62,004 nucleotides of DNA from Arcobacter sp. (GTDB lineage Bacteria > Campylobacterota > Campylobacteria > Campylobacterales > Sulfurimonadaceae): assembly GCA_002733885.1 (NCBI GenBank), contig NVXJ01000001.1:109298-171301 (forward strand), written 5' to 3'. Below are positions 46,849 to 56,029 of this stretch, piece by piece; position 1 is the first letter of the stretch; every line of letters starts with the position of its first letter. The translations under genes and the position numbers were made by a program. The notes beneath the pieces are model-generated. The model was not told where the DNA came from. It ran no database searches and saw only the letters and a list, made by a program, of their open reading frames with translations.

Positions 46849-48729
46849 GTGAAACAAAATTCTGAAGTTTTAGCATTAAAATATAGACCCAAACGTTTTG
46901 AAGACCTTATTGGTCAAGAAACAATTGCTCAAACCCTTTCACTTGCCCTTGATACTGCTAGACTTTCTCATGCTTATCTTTTTTCAGGTCTAAGAGGTTC
47001 AGGTAAGACCTCTACGGCTCGTATCTTTGCAAAAGCCTTGATCTGTGAGCATGGGCCTACTTCTAAGCCTTGTGATGTATGTGAGCATTGTGTAATGGCG
47101 AATGATGGTCGTCATATTGATATTATTGAGATGGATGCGGCTTCTTCTCGCAAGATTGATGATATTCGTGACTTAATTGAACATACAAAGTACAAGCCTG
47201 CTACTGCAAGATTTAAAATCTTTATCATTGATGAAGTACATATGCTTACCAAAGAGGCTTTTAATGCCCTTCTTAAAACCTTAGAAGAACCACCGCCCTT
47301 TGTGAAGTTTATATTAGCAACAACAGATCCATTAAAGCTTCCAGCGACTATCTTAAGTCGTACTCAGCATTTTAGATTTAAAAAGATATCAACCGTAAAT
47401 ATTGTCAACCACCTTAGCCATATCATGCACCTTGAAAATATTGAATACCAAAATGAAGCCTTAGAGATTCTAGCGCGTTCGGGTTCAGGTTCATTACGTG
47501 ACACCCTTACTCTTTTAGATCAAGCTATTATTTTTTCTAAACATTTTGTAGATGTTCAAACTGTTACCGATATGTTAGGACTTATTGACCCTGAATTTAT
47601 AGACAATATTTTCAAGTCTGTCTTTTCAAAAAATCAAGCTGAGATTATTTCTCATGTTAAGGCTCTAGAAGATTATGAAGGGGAAATGGTTGTAGATGAA
47701 CTTATTGCTTATCTTAAAGAAAAACTTTATCTATCTGATCCTCTTTTCTCCACCCTTATCTTAGAAAGATTTTTTAGAATTCTCTCAGATGCAAAATCTT
47801 TATTTAGCATCAATGCAGACAGCTCATTTGTTCTTTCCCTTGTCTTTTTTAAGATGATAGAAGCACTTCGTATTAAAGAAGTGGATCAAATGATAGAAGA
47901 ACTTGAAGCCCAAATGGAAAGACCTGAGATTAATGCTGCACCAAAAGTCCCTATTGCAGTACAAGCGGTGCAAACAGCAGAAAGTAATCAAGAGTCTAAA
48001 GTAATTAAGGTAGATGAACCTCAAGAACCAACTATCATAGAAAGTATTCCTGAACCAAAAATCATAGCTAAAGAGTCCCCGAAGATAGATATAGGAATAA
48101 AACACTTTGAAAAGCTAGTCAGTGCCCTAAATGATAGAAGTGCCGAACTAGGCCTGTGTTTTAGTGAAAATATATTTTACAAAAGCTTCGAAAGTAATGT
48201 TTTAACCTGGGAATCATGCGCAGCTGATGAATGTAAAGACAAGCTTCGTCATGGATGGGGTGTTATTAATCATTTTGTAAAAGATATTTTTGGTTTTGAA
48301 ACAAAGATTAAAAACCTTTCTTGTTCTAGAACTATCGAAGAAAAAAAAAATAATTCTAGCGTAGAGATAGCCTTAAAAGAAGTTGTTCAAAATATTCCCT
48401 CACAACAAAATTCTGGGCCTATTAGTATGCCCCCTATTCCAGAGCCCATCCCTGAATCAAGTATGCTTACAGCTGAACAAATGGAGGCACAACCTATAGA
48501 AGAAACAGGTTCAATGATTGCCGAGATTGTTGCCGGTGATGTACCCCAAAATGATGAAAATGGTATGCAAGACTTGTCCTGTGTATCAGGATGTAGAGGT
48601 GATGATGCGAGTCAACTTGATGAAGCAAGCAAAGAAATTGATGCCGCTTCTATTATGGATGAACCAATGATTAAAAAAGCTCAAGAGATGTTTGAAGCTA
48701 CCAAGATTACGATACAGTCCAAGGTTTAA
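46849..48729 (+). CDS. dnaX: DNA polymerase III subunit gamma/tau
   Basis: GTG start. YRPKRFEDLIGQE, HAYLFSGLRGSGKTS, Zn module CEHGPTSKPCDVCEHC, IIDEVHML, SRTQHF. A long acidic/Pro-rich C-terminal extension follows. Confidence 0.95.
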   Translation: MKQNSEVLALKYRPKRFEDLIGQETIAQTLSLALDTARLSHAYLFSGLRGSGKTSTARIFAKALICEHGPTSKPCDVCEHCVMANDGRHIDIIEMDAASSRKIDDIRDLIEHTKYKPATARFKIFIIDEVHMLTKEAFNALLKTLEEPPPFVKFILATTDPLKLPATILSRTQHFRFKKISTVNIVNHLSHIMHLENIEYQNEALEILARSGSGSLRDTLTLLDQAIIFSKHFVDVQTVTDMLGLIDPEFIDNIFKSVFSKNQAEIISHVKALEDYEGEMVVDELIAYLKEKLYLSDPLFSTLILERFFRILSDAKSLFSINADSSFVLSLVFFKMIEALRIKEVDQMIEELEAQMERPEINAAPKVPIAVQAVQTAESNQESKVIKVDEPQEPTIIESIPEPKIIAKESPKIDIGIKHFEKLVSALNDRSAELGLCFSENIFYKSFESNVLTWESCAADECKDKLRHGWGVINHFVKDIFGFETKIKNLSCSRTIEEKKNNSSVEIALKEVVQNIPSQQNSGPISMPPIPEPIPESSMLTAEQMEAQPIEETGSMIAEIVAGDVPQNDENGMQDLSCVSGCRGDDASQLDEASKEIDAASIMDEPMIKKAQEMFEATKITIQSKV

Positions 48730-48926
48730 TCAATCTCTTCAGCTGAATAATTACTTTGAAAATAAAAGTTATCCTACCTAAGCCATAGGCGCAGAAAAAT
48801 TACAATACAGTCAAAAGTCTAATTAAGTTCTTCAGCTAAGAAATTGTTCTAAAAGACAAAGCTATCCTACCTAAGCTCTAGGCGCAGAAAATTACAATGC
48901 ACTTTATCTCACAGACTTCTTAACTA
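48706..48926. repeat. tandem repeat of about 92-93 bp, about 2.4 decaying copies, whose first copy contains the last 7 codons and the stop of dnaX
   Basis: Units start at 48706, 48799 and 48891 (attacRat...). Shared blocks are attac.atacagtc, ttcttcagct.a, tatcctacctaagc..taggcgcagaaa. Roughly three-quarters identity by eye. Confidence 0.85.
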
Positions 48927-49052
48927 ATCTTCTTTATTGATGGCATTAGAAATGTCACTTGTCACACTATCAACACCTTCATTAATTTTTTTGGCACTAC
49001 AACCTCCAAGAATAATTGCTAATATTGAACTTAATATAATAAGTTTTTTCAC
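48924..49052 (-). CDS. unlisted small lipoprotein (42 aa), entericidin-like in size and layout
   Basis: GTG at 49052 with AAGGA 6 nt upstream. It encodes (M)KKLIILSSILAIILGGCSAKKINEGVDSVTSDISNAINKED. Lipobox LGGC. Immediately downstream of, and co-directional with, the ymdB-like gene. Confidence 0.6.
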   Translation of the reverse strand: MKKLIILSSILAIILGGCSAKKINEGVDSVTSDISNAINKED

Positions 49053-49103
49053 TTTAATTCCTTTTATTTATAAAAATATTCTACTGCTTTTAAACTTAAG
49101 ATA

Positions 49104-49910
49104 TCAGTCTATCCAAGCCTCGGTTATAAATTTTCTGCCATCATTAAAGGTCTTAATTTTAAAGGCATTAGAACACTTCCCTTCGCTTATATCAAAAACA
49201 ACCATTTGCAAAATAGACTTACATTTATCAGGAACCTTAAAACGCTCAGGCAAGCCTGTTAAAAATCTACGAATAGGTACATCTGAACTCATTCCAATAA
49301 CATTATCCCTGCATCCAGTTAGTCCAATGTCAGTAAGATATCCCGTTCCCTCATCAATTTGAAGATCATCTGTTCCAACATGTGTATGTGTACCTACAAT
49401 AGCTGATACCTGTGATTTTAGCATCATCATTAAGGCACGTTTTTCAGCAGTTGCCTCTGCATGCATATCTATAAAGATATTTTTTACACCCTCTTCTTGA
49501 AGAGAAGCTATTGTATCTTTTGCACATCTAAAAGGGTTGTCTGTTAGAGGCATACCATAATACCCCATAAGATTTAGTACCGCAATCTTTTCACCACAAA
49601 CCTCATAAGTTTTACAGCCTGTTCCACTTACTTCAAGAGGATAGTTATGGGGTCTTAAGAGTTCATACTTATCAAAAAGACCATGTATCTCTTTTCTATC
49701 CCAGCTATGATTTCCACCTGTCATCACATCTATACCTGTATTAAAAAGCTCAGCTGCATTTTTTTGTGTCAGACCAAATCCATGAGATGCATTTTCATAA
49801 TTAGCAATTACGAAATCAATCTTGTGTTCTTTTTTTAATTGTTTTAAATTTTCTTTGATGATGGAGCGGCCGGGGCGACCAATAATGTCCCCTATGAAAG
49901 CAATACGCAT
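49104..49910 (-). CDS. ymdB: YmdB-family (TIGR00282) metallophosphoesterase
   Basis: MRIAFIGDIIGRPGR...ANYENASHGFG...GNH.WD...DMHAEATAEK...GTHTHV.T.D. Confidence 0.9.
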   Translation of the reverse strand: MRIAFIGDIIGRPGRSIIKENLKQLKKEHKIDFVIANYENASHGFGLTQKNAAELFNTGIDVMTGGNHSWDRKEIHGLFDKYELLRPHNYPLEVSGTGCKTYEVCGEKIAVLNLMGYYGMPLTDNPFRCAKDTIASLQEEGVKNIFIDMHAEATAEKRALMMMLKSQVSAIVGTHTHVGTDDLQIDEGTGYLTDIGLTGCRDNVIGMSSDVPIRRFLTGLPERFKVPDKCKSILQMVVFDISEGKCSNAFKIKTFNDGRKFITEAWID

Positions 49911-49968
49911 GATATATCCAAATATTTTTATTGGATGTATTGTAGCATTATTTAAAAATCACTTTTTC

Positions 49969-50544
49969 TTAAAAGTTATACTGAAGCGTCACATAAGCAG
50001 AGGCTAAATTTTGTTTAAAATCTTCATCTTCACCTTCTAAATCAAATACAAGAATTTCTGTTCCAACACGCATAGTAAAATGTTTAGAGAAAGAAGGAGT
50101 ATAAGCTACACCAAAGCCAAGTTTATACCCACCTGTTGTTTTGTCTTTAATATCCGTTTTAGTATCAATTAAACTAAGGCCAATAGGTGTATATAGTTCA
50201 ATGCCATCCCAAATTAAAGGATACATAACAACAATACTAGCTGACAAGGCAGAATACTCGGCTGTACCTGAAGTGCCTGGCGTTGCATCTGCACCTAAAA
50301 TACCTTGGTAGTCATATTCACCATAATAAGCATAATCAATTTCTAAAGCGATGTATGTCGAAACTCTATAGCCTACATAAGCCTTTACTGTAGTACTTTT
50401 TTCATCTATATCGGTAAAAAGCTCATCCTTATCTTCTAAAAATGTAGCTCCTCCACCTGCTCCAAAATACCAAAATTCTTCACGTGCTTGAACAGAACTA
50501 CTTAAAAATAAAACAACTAATATATATAAATTAAATATTCGCAT
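49969..50544 (-). CDS. small outer-membrane beta-barrel protein (OmpW/OmpX/OprF-N-like, about 8 strands)
   Basis: Signal peptide MRIFNLYILVVLFLSSSVQA, alternating hydrophobic strands, and the C-terminal OMP signature ...YVTLQYNF. Confidence 0.8.
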   Translation of the reverse strand: MRIFNLYILVVLFLSSSVQAREEFWYFGAGGGATFLEDKDELFTDIDEKSTTVKAYVGYRVSTYIALEIDYAYYGEYDYQGILGADATPGTSGTAEYSALSASIVVMYPLIWDGIELYTPIGLSLIDTKTDIKDKTTGGYKLGFGVAYTPSFSKHFTMRVGTEILVFDLEGEDEDFKQNLASAYVTLQYNF

Positions 50545-50620
50545 TTAACTTCCCCTTAAAATAGATGCCAAATTATAGTTTATATTTATTAAAAAAATAA
50601 TTAAATATGTGTTTATTTGT

Positions 50621-53599
50621 TTAAAGTTTCTTAGGCTTAGCCTTTCTCAAATACGTCAATACTGATTTAATAATGTCATCATCATCTTTACTAGGGGCCT
50701 TTATTGTTTCCATTGATCCATTAGAATAAGTAATTGAAATATTTTGACCATAGTTCCCAATAAGTGTAATCGACTTTTCTATACTCAATAGTTTAATAAC
50801 GATAAGTTCAAAGAACTGCTTTGTATTAATATCTAAGCGTCCAAACCTATCCATGGCTTCTTCTTCTATCTCATAAACCTCAGTAACCTCTTCACAATGA
50901 CTTAATCGTCTATAAAGCTCTAATCGTAAGCGTTCTTCTTGAACAACCTCATCTGAGATATAAGCCGAGATAGTAAGCTTGATGTCAACCTTCTTTCTCT
51001 CAATTTGTTGTTGGTTTGAAAGCTCTTTTATTGCGTCTTCTAACATTCTAAGATATAAGGTATACCCGATGTTTTTAATATGTCCACTTTGAGCGTCACC
51101 TACTAGGTTTCCACCGCCACGAATTTCTAAGTCATGATAGGCCAAGACAGAACCTGCCCCTAAGAAGGAGTTTGATTCAAGGGCAAGAAGACGTTTCTTT
51201 GCCTCATCTGTTAGATTTTCCTTATCATTTACAATAAAGTACGCATAACCTTCTATATGACCCCGTCCCACACGACCACGAAGTTGATGAAGGTCTGCTA
51301 TTCCAAATCTATCAGCGCCATCAATAAGCATAGTATTAACCGTAGGCATATGAATACCTGACTCAATTATAGACGTAGCCAAAAGAACATCATACTCCCT
51401 GTTTTGAAACTTCATTAACTCTTTTTCTGTGTCACTAGCAGAGACCTTTGAATGAAGCATTAAAATTCTTAGGTTTGGAAGTATGGCTAGAAGCTCATTT
51501 TTCTTTATAGGCATCGCGTCTATAGAGTTAAACACATAAAAGAGTTGACCCCCACGTCTAAGCTCTCTTAAAATTACCTCTTTAAGCAATTTCTCATCAT
51601 ACTCTTTAACAAAGGTTCTAACCCCTTGTCTTTCACTTGGAGGTGTCATTAACGTAGACATCTGCTTAATTGAAGACATAGCTTGATTAAGAGAACGTGG
51701 AATTGGTGTGGCCGACATAGAAAGAAGATGCACCTTTTCATATAAGACTTTTAATTTCTCTTTTTGCTTCACTCCAAACTTATGTTCTTCATCTATAATA
51801 ATAAGACCCGGTTTTTTAAACTTAGCCGAAAATAAAGAGTGCGTTCCTATAACAAGGTCTAAGTCCCCCGATTCTAAGGCCTTTAGTACCTGGTTTTTAT
51901 CCTTAGTTGAAACAAAGCGGTCTAGCTTAGCAATCTTTATCCCATATCCTTCAAAACGCTCGCTTATAGACTTATAATGCTGAGAAGAGAGCAAGGTCGT
52001 AGGGACAATGAGTGCAGACTGATAACCACTTAGATACGCCGCGTAAATAGCGTTCATTGCCACCTCTGTCTTACCAAAGCCAACATCTCCTGATAAGAGT
52101 CTGTCCATAACCTTATCTTGACTAATGCTCAGTAATATCTCTTTGATAGAGCGAGTTTGATCTTCTGTATATTCAAAGCCTGCTTCTGCTTGAAACTTTT
52201 TAATCTTATTAGCATCTGCAATAATACGAGGTGCTTTAATAAGGGCTCTTGAGGCTGCAAGGTTTATAATCTCACCTGCAATTTCAAAAAGCTTCTTCTT
52301 AACCTTGTCTTTTAATTTAGCAAAACTTCCCTTACCAAGTCTATCTAGCACTGGTAAAGAACCCGAAGAGATATATCTGTCTATAGATTCTAAGTTCTCA
52401 ACAGGAATAAGAACTCTTTCTTCCCCCTGATAAGAGATAGCCACAAAGTCTTTTACCCCACCAAGAATTTGAGCCTGTTCTATCTTTTCAAAAATACCCA
52501 CTCCATAATCTTCATGAACAATATAATCCCCAGGTTTTAACTCATCAAGAATGATGCTTGTCTTTTTACGGCGTTTCTTTTTAATCTCTTTATTCAAAGA
52601 AAAAACAAGTTCTTTATCACCTATGAAATTTACAATAACAGGGGAATACACCACATTTATCTTAGATGTATCGTGCAGGTCTTGTTGTTTAATTTGTGCC
52701 TCATTAGAAGCAATTAAGGTAATTTTCTTATTTTTATGGGCCTTAAGCGTGGTATGAATATCCACCAAAACGAAGTCTGAAAATTCTTTAGGTTCAGGCA
52801 TGATTTTAAAGTCGAAGTGCTTTTCATCAACTGCACCCTCATCAAAGGCATAAATTTCTTGAAGTTCTAAGGATAAGTCAGAAGAATAAATAGCTTTCTT
52901 ATCTAGCATAAAAGGTTCTGCAAGTTCATCTAAATGCCAAAGACCTAAAGAACTTAAATCTTTTACAAAACTATCTGAAGAACTATGTTCACACTTAGAT
53001 ACAAGAGCGTCATATTGCTGTTCTTCTAAGGCAAAAAAAGCAGATGTTATTTCTATTTTCTCAATCTCTTCTTTAATACTCTTTTGCGTTTCAAGCTCAA
53101 ATCGACGTATCTCTTCAACCTCATCTCCAAAAAGTGAAATACGATAAGGTTTATTCACACAAAGGGGGAAGATATCTATAATATCCCCACGAAATGAAAT
53201 TTCCCCTTTTTCTTCAACAATATCCACAAAGGTATATCCCCAATGCAACATCTTGTTTTTGAAAGTTGGAAGGTCAATAGTATCACCAAACTCAAGAATA
53301 TCTATCTTGCTTAAGTCTTCTATAGGAAGGGGATGTGACACGGTTTTGATAGGTGAAATTACTATGGGCTTTTTCTTAGCATTTTTATAGGTATTCAAGG
53401 CCCAAAACAATTCAAAGAGTTCTGTTTTAAAAGAGCGTAAGTCATCTCCACTCACCGCACGCAAGTCGGGAAAAACAAGCACATCTATATCTAGGTACTT
53501 CAGCACATCAGCAAAGGCCAAGGCCTCTTTTGAATCTTTTACAATGATAAGTTCTGGGGAATTACTCTGGAGGTATTCGTATAATTTACTCTGGCTCAA
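50621..53599 (-). CDS. mfd: transcription-repair coupling factor
   Basis: CarD-like LKPGDYIVHEDYGVG. Helicase motifs DVGFGKTEVA, DEEHKFGV, SATPIPR, QLRGRVGR. TRG/TRCF C-terminal domain. Confidence 0.96.
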   Translation of the reverse strand: MSQSKLYEYLQSNSPELIIVKDSKEALAFADVLKYLDIDVLVFPDLRAVSGDDLRSFKTELFELFWALNTYKNAKKKPIVISPIKTVSHPLPIEDLSKIDILEFGDTIDLPTFKNKMLHWGYTFVDIVEEKGEISFRGDIIDIFPLCVNKPYRISLFGDEVEEIRRFELETQKSIKEEIEKIEITSAFFALEEQQYDALVSKCEHSSSDSFVKDLSSLGLWHLDELAEPFMLDKKAIYSSDLSLELQEIYAFDEGAVDEKHFDFKIMPEPKEFSDFVLVDIHTTLKAHKNKKITLIASNEAQIKQQDLHDTSKINVVYSPVIVNFIGDKELVFSLNKEIKKKRRKKTSIILDELKPGDYIVHEDYGVGIFEKIEQAQILGGVKDFVAISYQGEERVLIPVENLESIDRYISSGSLPVLDRLGKGSFAKLKDKVKKKLFEIAGEIINLAASRALIKAPRIIADANKIKKFQAEAGFEYTEDQTRSIKEILLSISQDKVMDRLLSGDVGFGKTEVAMNAIYAAYLSGYQSALIVPTTLLSSQHYKSISERFEGYGIKIAKLDRFVSTKDKNQVLKALESGDLDLVIGTHSLFSAKFKKPGLIIIDEEHKFGVKQKEKLKVLYEKVHLLSMSATPIPRSLNQAMSSIKQMSTLMTPPSERQGVRTFVKEYDEKLLKEVILRELRRGGQLFYVFNSIDAMPIKKNELLAILPNLRILMLHSKVSASDTEKELMKFQNREYDVLLATSIIESGIHMPTVNTMLIDGADRFGIADLHQLRGRVGRGHIEGYAYFIVNDKENLTDEAKKRLLALESNSFLGAGSVLAYHDLEIRGGGNLVGDAQSGHIKNIGYTLYLRMLEDAIKELSNQQQIERKKVDIKLTISAYISDEVVQEERLRLELYRRLSHCEEVTEVYEIEEEAMDRFGRLDINTKQFFELIVIKLLSIEKSITLIGNYGQNISITYSNGSMETIKAPSKDDDDIIKSVLTYLRKAKPKKL

Positions 53600-54009
53600 G
53601 CTTCTTTTTTCTTCTCATTTAGGGCTGTGTTGACAGGTTTATTTTTCATTTCTTTGTTTTTTATCTTGCTATCACCTTCAAAGTGACCCTGAGCTTCGAT
53701 AATGAGTTCGGATGAAACAATAGATCCAAGGACCTTACCTGCCGCCATGATTTCTAAGCGATTTGCATCAATTGAGCCTTCTACAAGACCTTGAACTACA
53801 ATATGGTCAGTTTGGATTTCTCCACGTACCTTTCCACTTTTACCAATGGTTACAAGTTTTTTTGAAATAATAGTACCTTCAAACTCACCATCTATATATA
53901 AGTTACAGTCGAGTTTCATCTCGCCCTTGATAAAAGAACCTTCTGTGATAATAGTGGTATTGTTGTTGTTTGGTGTAGGCGCGTTGTCGCTGTGATTAAA
54001 GATTGCCAT
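53596..54009 (-). CDS. ccmA: bactofilin (CcmA-like polymer-forming cytoskeletal protein)
   Basis: Repetitive beta-helical I.G.v.G pattern (FIKGEMKLDCNLYIDGEFEGTI...VRGEIQTDHIVVQGLVEGSI...). As I recall it, the N-terminus MAIFN... resembles Helicobacter CcmA. ATGA overlap with mfd. Confidence 0.85.
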   Translation of the reverse strand: MAIFNHSDNAPTPNNNNTTIITEGSFIKGEMKLDCNLYIDGEFEGTIISKKLVTIGKSGKVRGEIQTDHIVVQGLVEGSIDANRLEIMAAGKVLGSIVSSELIIEAQGHFEGDSKIKNKEMKNKPVNTALNEKKKEA

Positions 54010-54866
54010 GGTACGTTTTTCTCCTTCTCAAAAATAGAGTTGTAAGAAGCAATATTCCACTTAACAAACCAAAATGGGTTAAGTGCTCTTTGAACAAATC
54101 TTACTTCATAATGTAAATGAGGGCCGTTTGACATTCCGCTATTCCCAGTATAGCCGATGAGATCCCCACGCTTAATAAACTGACCTGATTTTACCACAAT
54201 TTTGTTAAGGTGACCGAAATAAGTCTTAAATCCAAAACTATGGTCTAAAATAATAAGATTCCCATAGCCACTTCGTTTATGTTTGGCCGCCCATTCAACA
54301 ATAGCGTCAGCTGTCGCATAAATAGGTGTTTTCATAGGAGCCTTCATATCTGAGCCCCTGTGAAATTCTTTGGATTGTAAGGTAGGATGTATTCTATATC
54401 CAAACTTAGAAGTAATACCTCTATACTCTACGGGAGAGCCATTAGGAACATGTTGCATTAAAGCAGACATCACCTCAGAAGTTACTGTAGCTAAGTCAAC
54501 CCGCTCAGCTAAGGTAGTACCTTCCTCAATTGAAAGACCAATGAGTTGTTCAATGTCTGAAAGCTTGTCAGTAACACTAATAAGTTCATCTCTTTTAATT
54601 TTCAAGGTGTTTTCAGTTTCTACAACTATATTTTGAAGTTTTTGATTTTTTCTTTTTAAGGAGATATAAGCCAGTTCCATCTCATCTTTTTTCTCTTCTA
54701 TCTTATTAACACTTACATTTAAATACGAAATAGAAAAAGCAGACATAGCAAAAATAAATAATAAAAATCCCAATAAATATAAACCAAATTTTTTCACTAT
54801 TTGGTGAATATTAAACTGTTTAACCCCATGTACATCATGAATAGTAATTGTAAATTGATTATGCAT
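53916..54866 (-). CDS. M23-family (LytM) peptidoglycan endopeptidase with N-terminal TM and coiled coil (Csd1/Csd2-like)
   Basis: HRGSDM, GYTGNSGMSNGPHLHYEVR metal-binding motifs. The 3' end overlaps the bactofilin gene by 94 nt. Confidence 0.88.
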   Translation of the reverse strand: MHNQFTITIHDVHGVKQFNIHQIVKKFGLYLLGFLLFIFAMSAFSISYLNVSVNKIEEKKDEMELAYISLKRKNQKLQNIVVETENTLKIKRDELISVTDKLSDIEQLIGLSIEEGTTLAERVDLATVTSEVMSALMQHVPNGSPVEYRGITSKFGYRIHPTLQSKEFHRGSDMKAPMKTPIYATADAIVEWAAKHKRSGYGNLIILDHSFGFKTYFGHLNKIVVKSGQFIKRGDLIGYTGNSGMSNGPHLHYEVRFVQRALNPFWFVKWNIASYNSIFEKEKNVPWQSLITATTRLHQTTTIPLLSQKVLLSRAR

Positions 54867-54883
54867 GTAATCAAGTTCCTTTT

Positions 54884-56029
54884 TTAATCAGACAAGGCTT
54901 TAAAGGCTTCTACCACACTAAAAGAGCCAAAAACCAGATAGTTCTCATCATCTAATACTTTTGTAAATGTTTTATATTTCAGTCCATTTTCAATAATCGC
55001 TGCTACCAAGTCCCCACGAGGCACTATACGATCATCATCAACTTCAATAATTTCAACCTGCTTAATAATAGGTGCAAGCAAACTTAATATCGACAAATAA
55101 TTTTTATCTTTATAACTATTATAGACCAAATTTACTGATTTGGGAGCAAAACTATGTGCTATTGCCTCTGCCGCCAGACTATTATGCCCAACATCTAACC
55201 AGATATTGGCCTTAATTCTTTGCATTCTACCCTCTAATCGCTGAGAGTTAAATAAGTTTTTCTTAATTTCGTATCCTAATTCTTTGATAACTGCCATAGA
55301 TAGAAGGAGATTTTCTTGTAAGTAGTGGGGATGTTCTTGCTCACAGGATATATCTTCTGCCATTTTTACCATTTTTTCATTTAAATAGCTTGTATACGAG
55401 ATGAATTCTTTATCAGAACCTTTTGCCAAGGATACGGCCACCTCTAAAACTTCTTCAAAACCTTGCTTCGCCATAATAGCCTTAGAACTCACACTACGAA
55501 GCTTTGTTAGGGATATGTCTTCAATGCTCTTTCCTAAAAAGTCTTCATGGTCTATTCCAATAGGCGTAATAACAGATAAAATTTTATCAAAGGCATTTGT
55601 TGCGTCATATTCACCACCAAGACCCGCTTCTAAAACAATATAATCGCAGTCCTTATAAACTAAGATCGCTAAAAATGTTGTGTACTCAAAATAACTTAGT
55701 GTTTTTAAAAATTCATCTGATAAAAGCTCTTGAAGTCTTTCATGTGCCTCTTGTAAAATAGCATTTTTTACATTTTCGCCATTAAGCCATATACGTTCAT
55801 TAAATTTTTTAATATGAGGAGAGGTGTAATGCCCTACGTTTTTGCCTAAGGCAACTAAGGCGTTTGCAATAAACCTTCCTGTACTACCCTTCCCATTTGT
55901 TCCAACAAGATGAATAATAGGAGGGATATGAAGTTTATCTTTGATAGATGCGTAAGCACGAGGCATACGGGTATAATCAATCTCAGTATAATATAAAGGT
56001 TTGTCATTTAAAAAGTCATGTAAAGTCAT
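54884..56029 (-). CDS. folC: folylpolyglutamate synthase / dihydrofolate synthase (Mur-ligase family)
   Basis: IHLVGTNGKGSTGRFIA, TSPHI..FNERI, EAGLGGEYDATN. Confidence 0.9.
   Translation of the reverse strand: MTLHDFLNDKPLYYTEIDYTRMPRAYASIKDKLHIPPIIHLVGTNGKGSTGRFIANALVALGKNVGHYTSPHIKKFNERIWLNGENVKNAILQEAHERLQELLSDEFLKTLSYFEYTTFLAILVYKDCDYIVLEAGLGGEYDATNAFDKILSVITPIGIDHEDFLGKSIEDISLTKLRSVSSKAIMAKQGFEEVLEVAVSLAKGSDKEFISYTSYLNEKMVKMAEDISCEQEHPHYLQENLLLSMAVIKELGYEIKKNLFNSQRLEGRMQRIKANIWLDVGHNSLAAEAIAHSFAPKSVNLVYNSYKDKNYLSILSLLAPIIKQVEIIEVDDDRIVPRGDLVAAIIENGLKYKTFTKVLDDENYLVFGSFSVVEAFKALSD

Noticed and set aside
48706-48926. Possibility that the roughly 93-bp repeats are a CRISPR array
   Set aside because: The units are directly abutting with no unique spacers. 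They are about 93 bp long, diverge from one another, and no cas genes are nearby.
48937-49362. 141-aa plus-strand ORF spanning the dnaX/ymdB intergenic region
   Set aside because: Its right half is antisense to the well-supported ymdB-like gene. Its left half is antisense to a much more convincing small lipoprotein ORF that has an RBS and a lipobox. It has no RBS and no motifs.
53917-53919. Alternative bactofilin start at Met31, which would give a neat ATGA overlap with the M23 peptidase stop
   Set aside because: The 30 residues upstream include a CcmA-like MAIF... N-terminus and the first beta-helix turns (TTIITEGSFIKGEM). The longer ORF is therefore preferred. The question is left open as a test in the corresponding finding.
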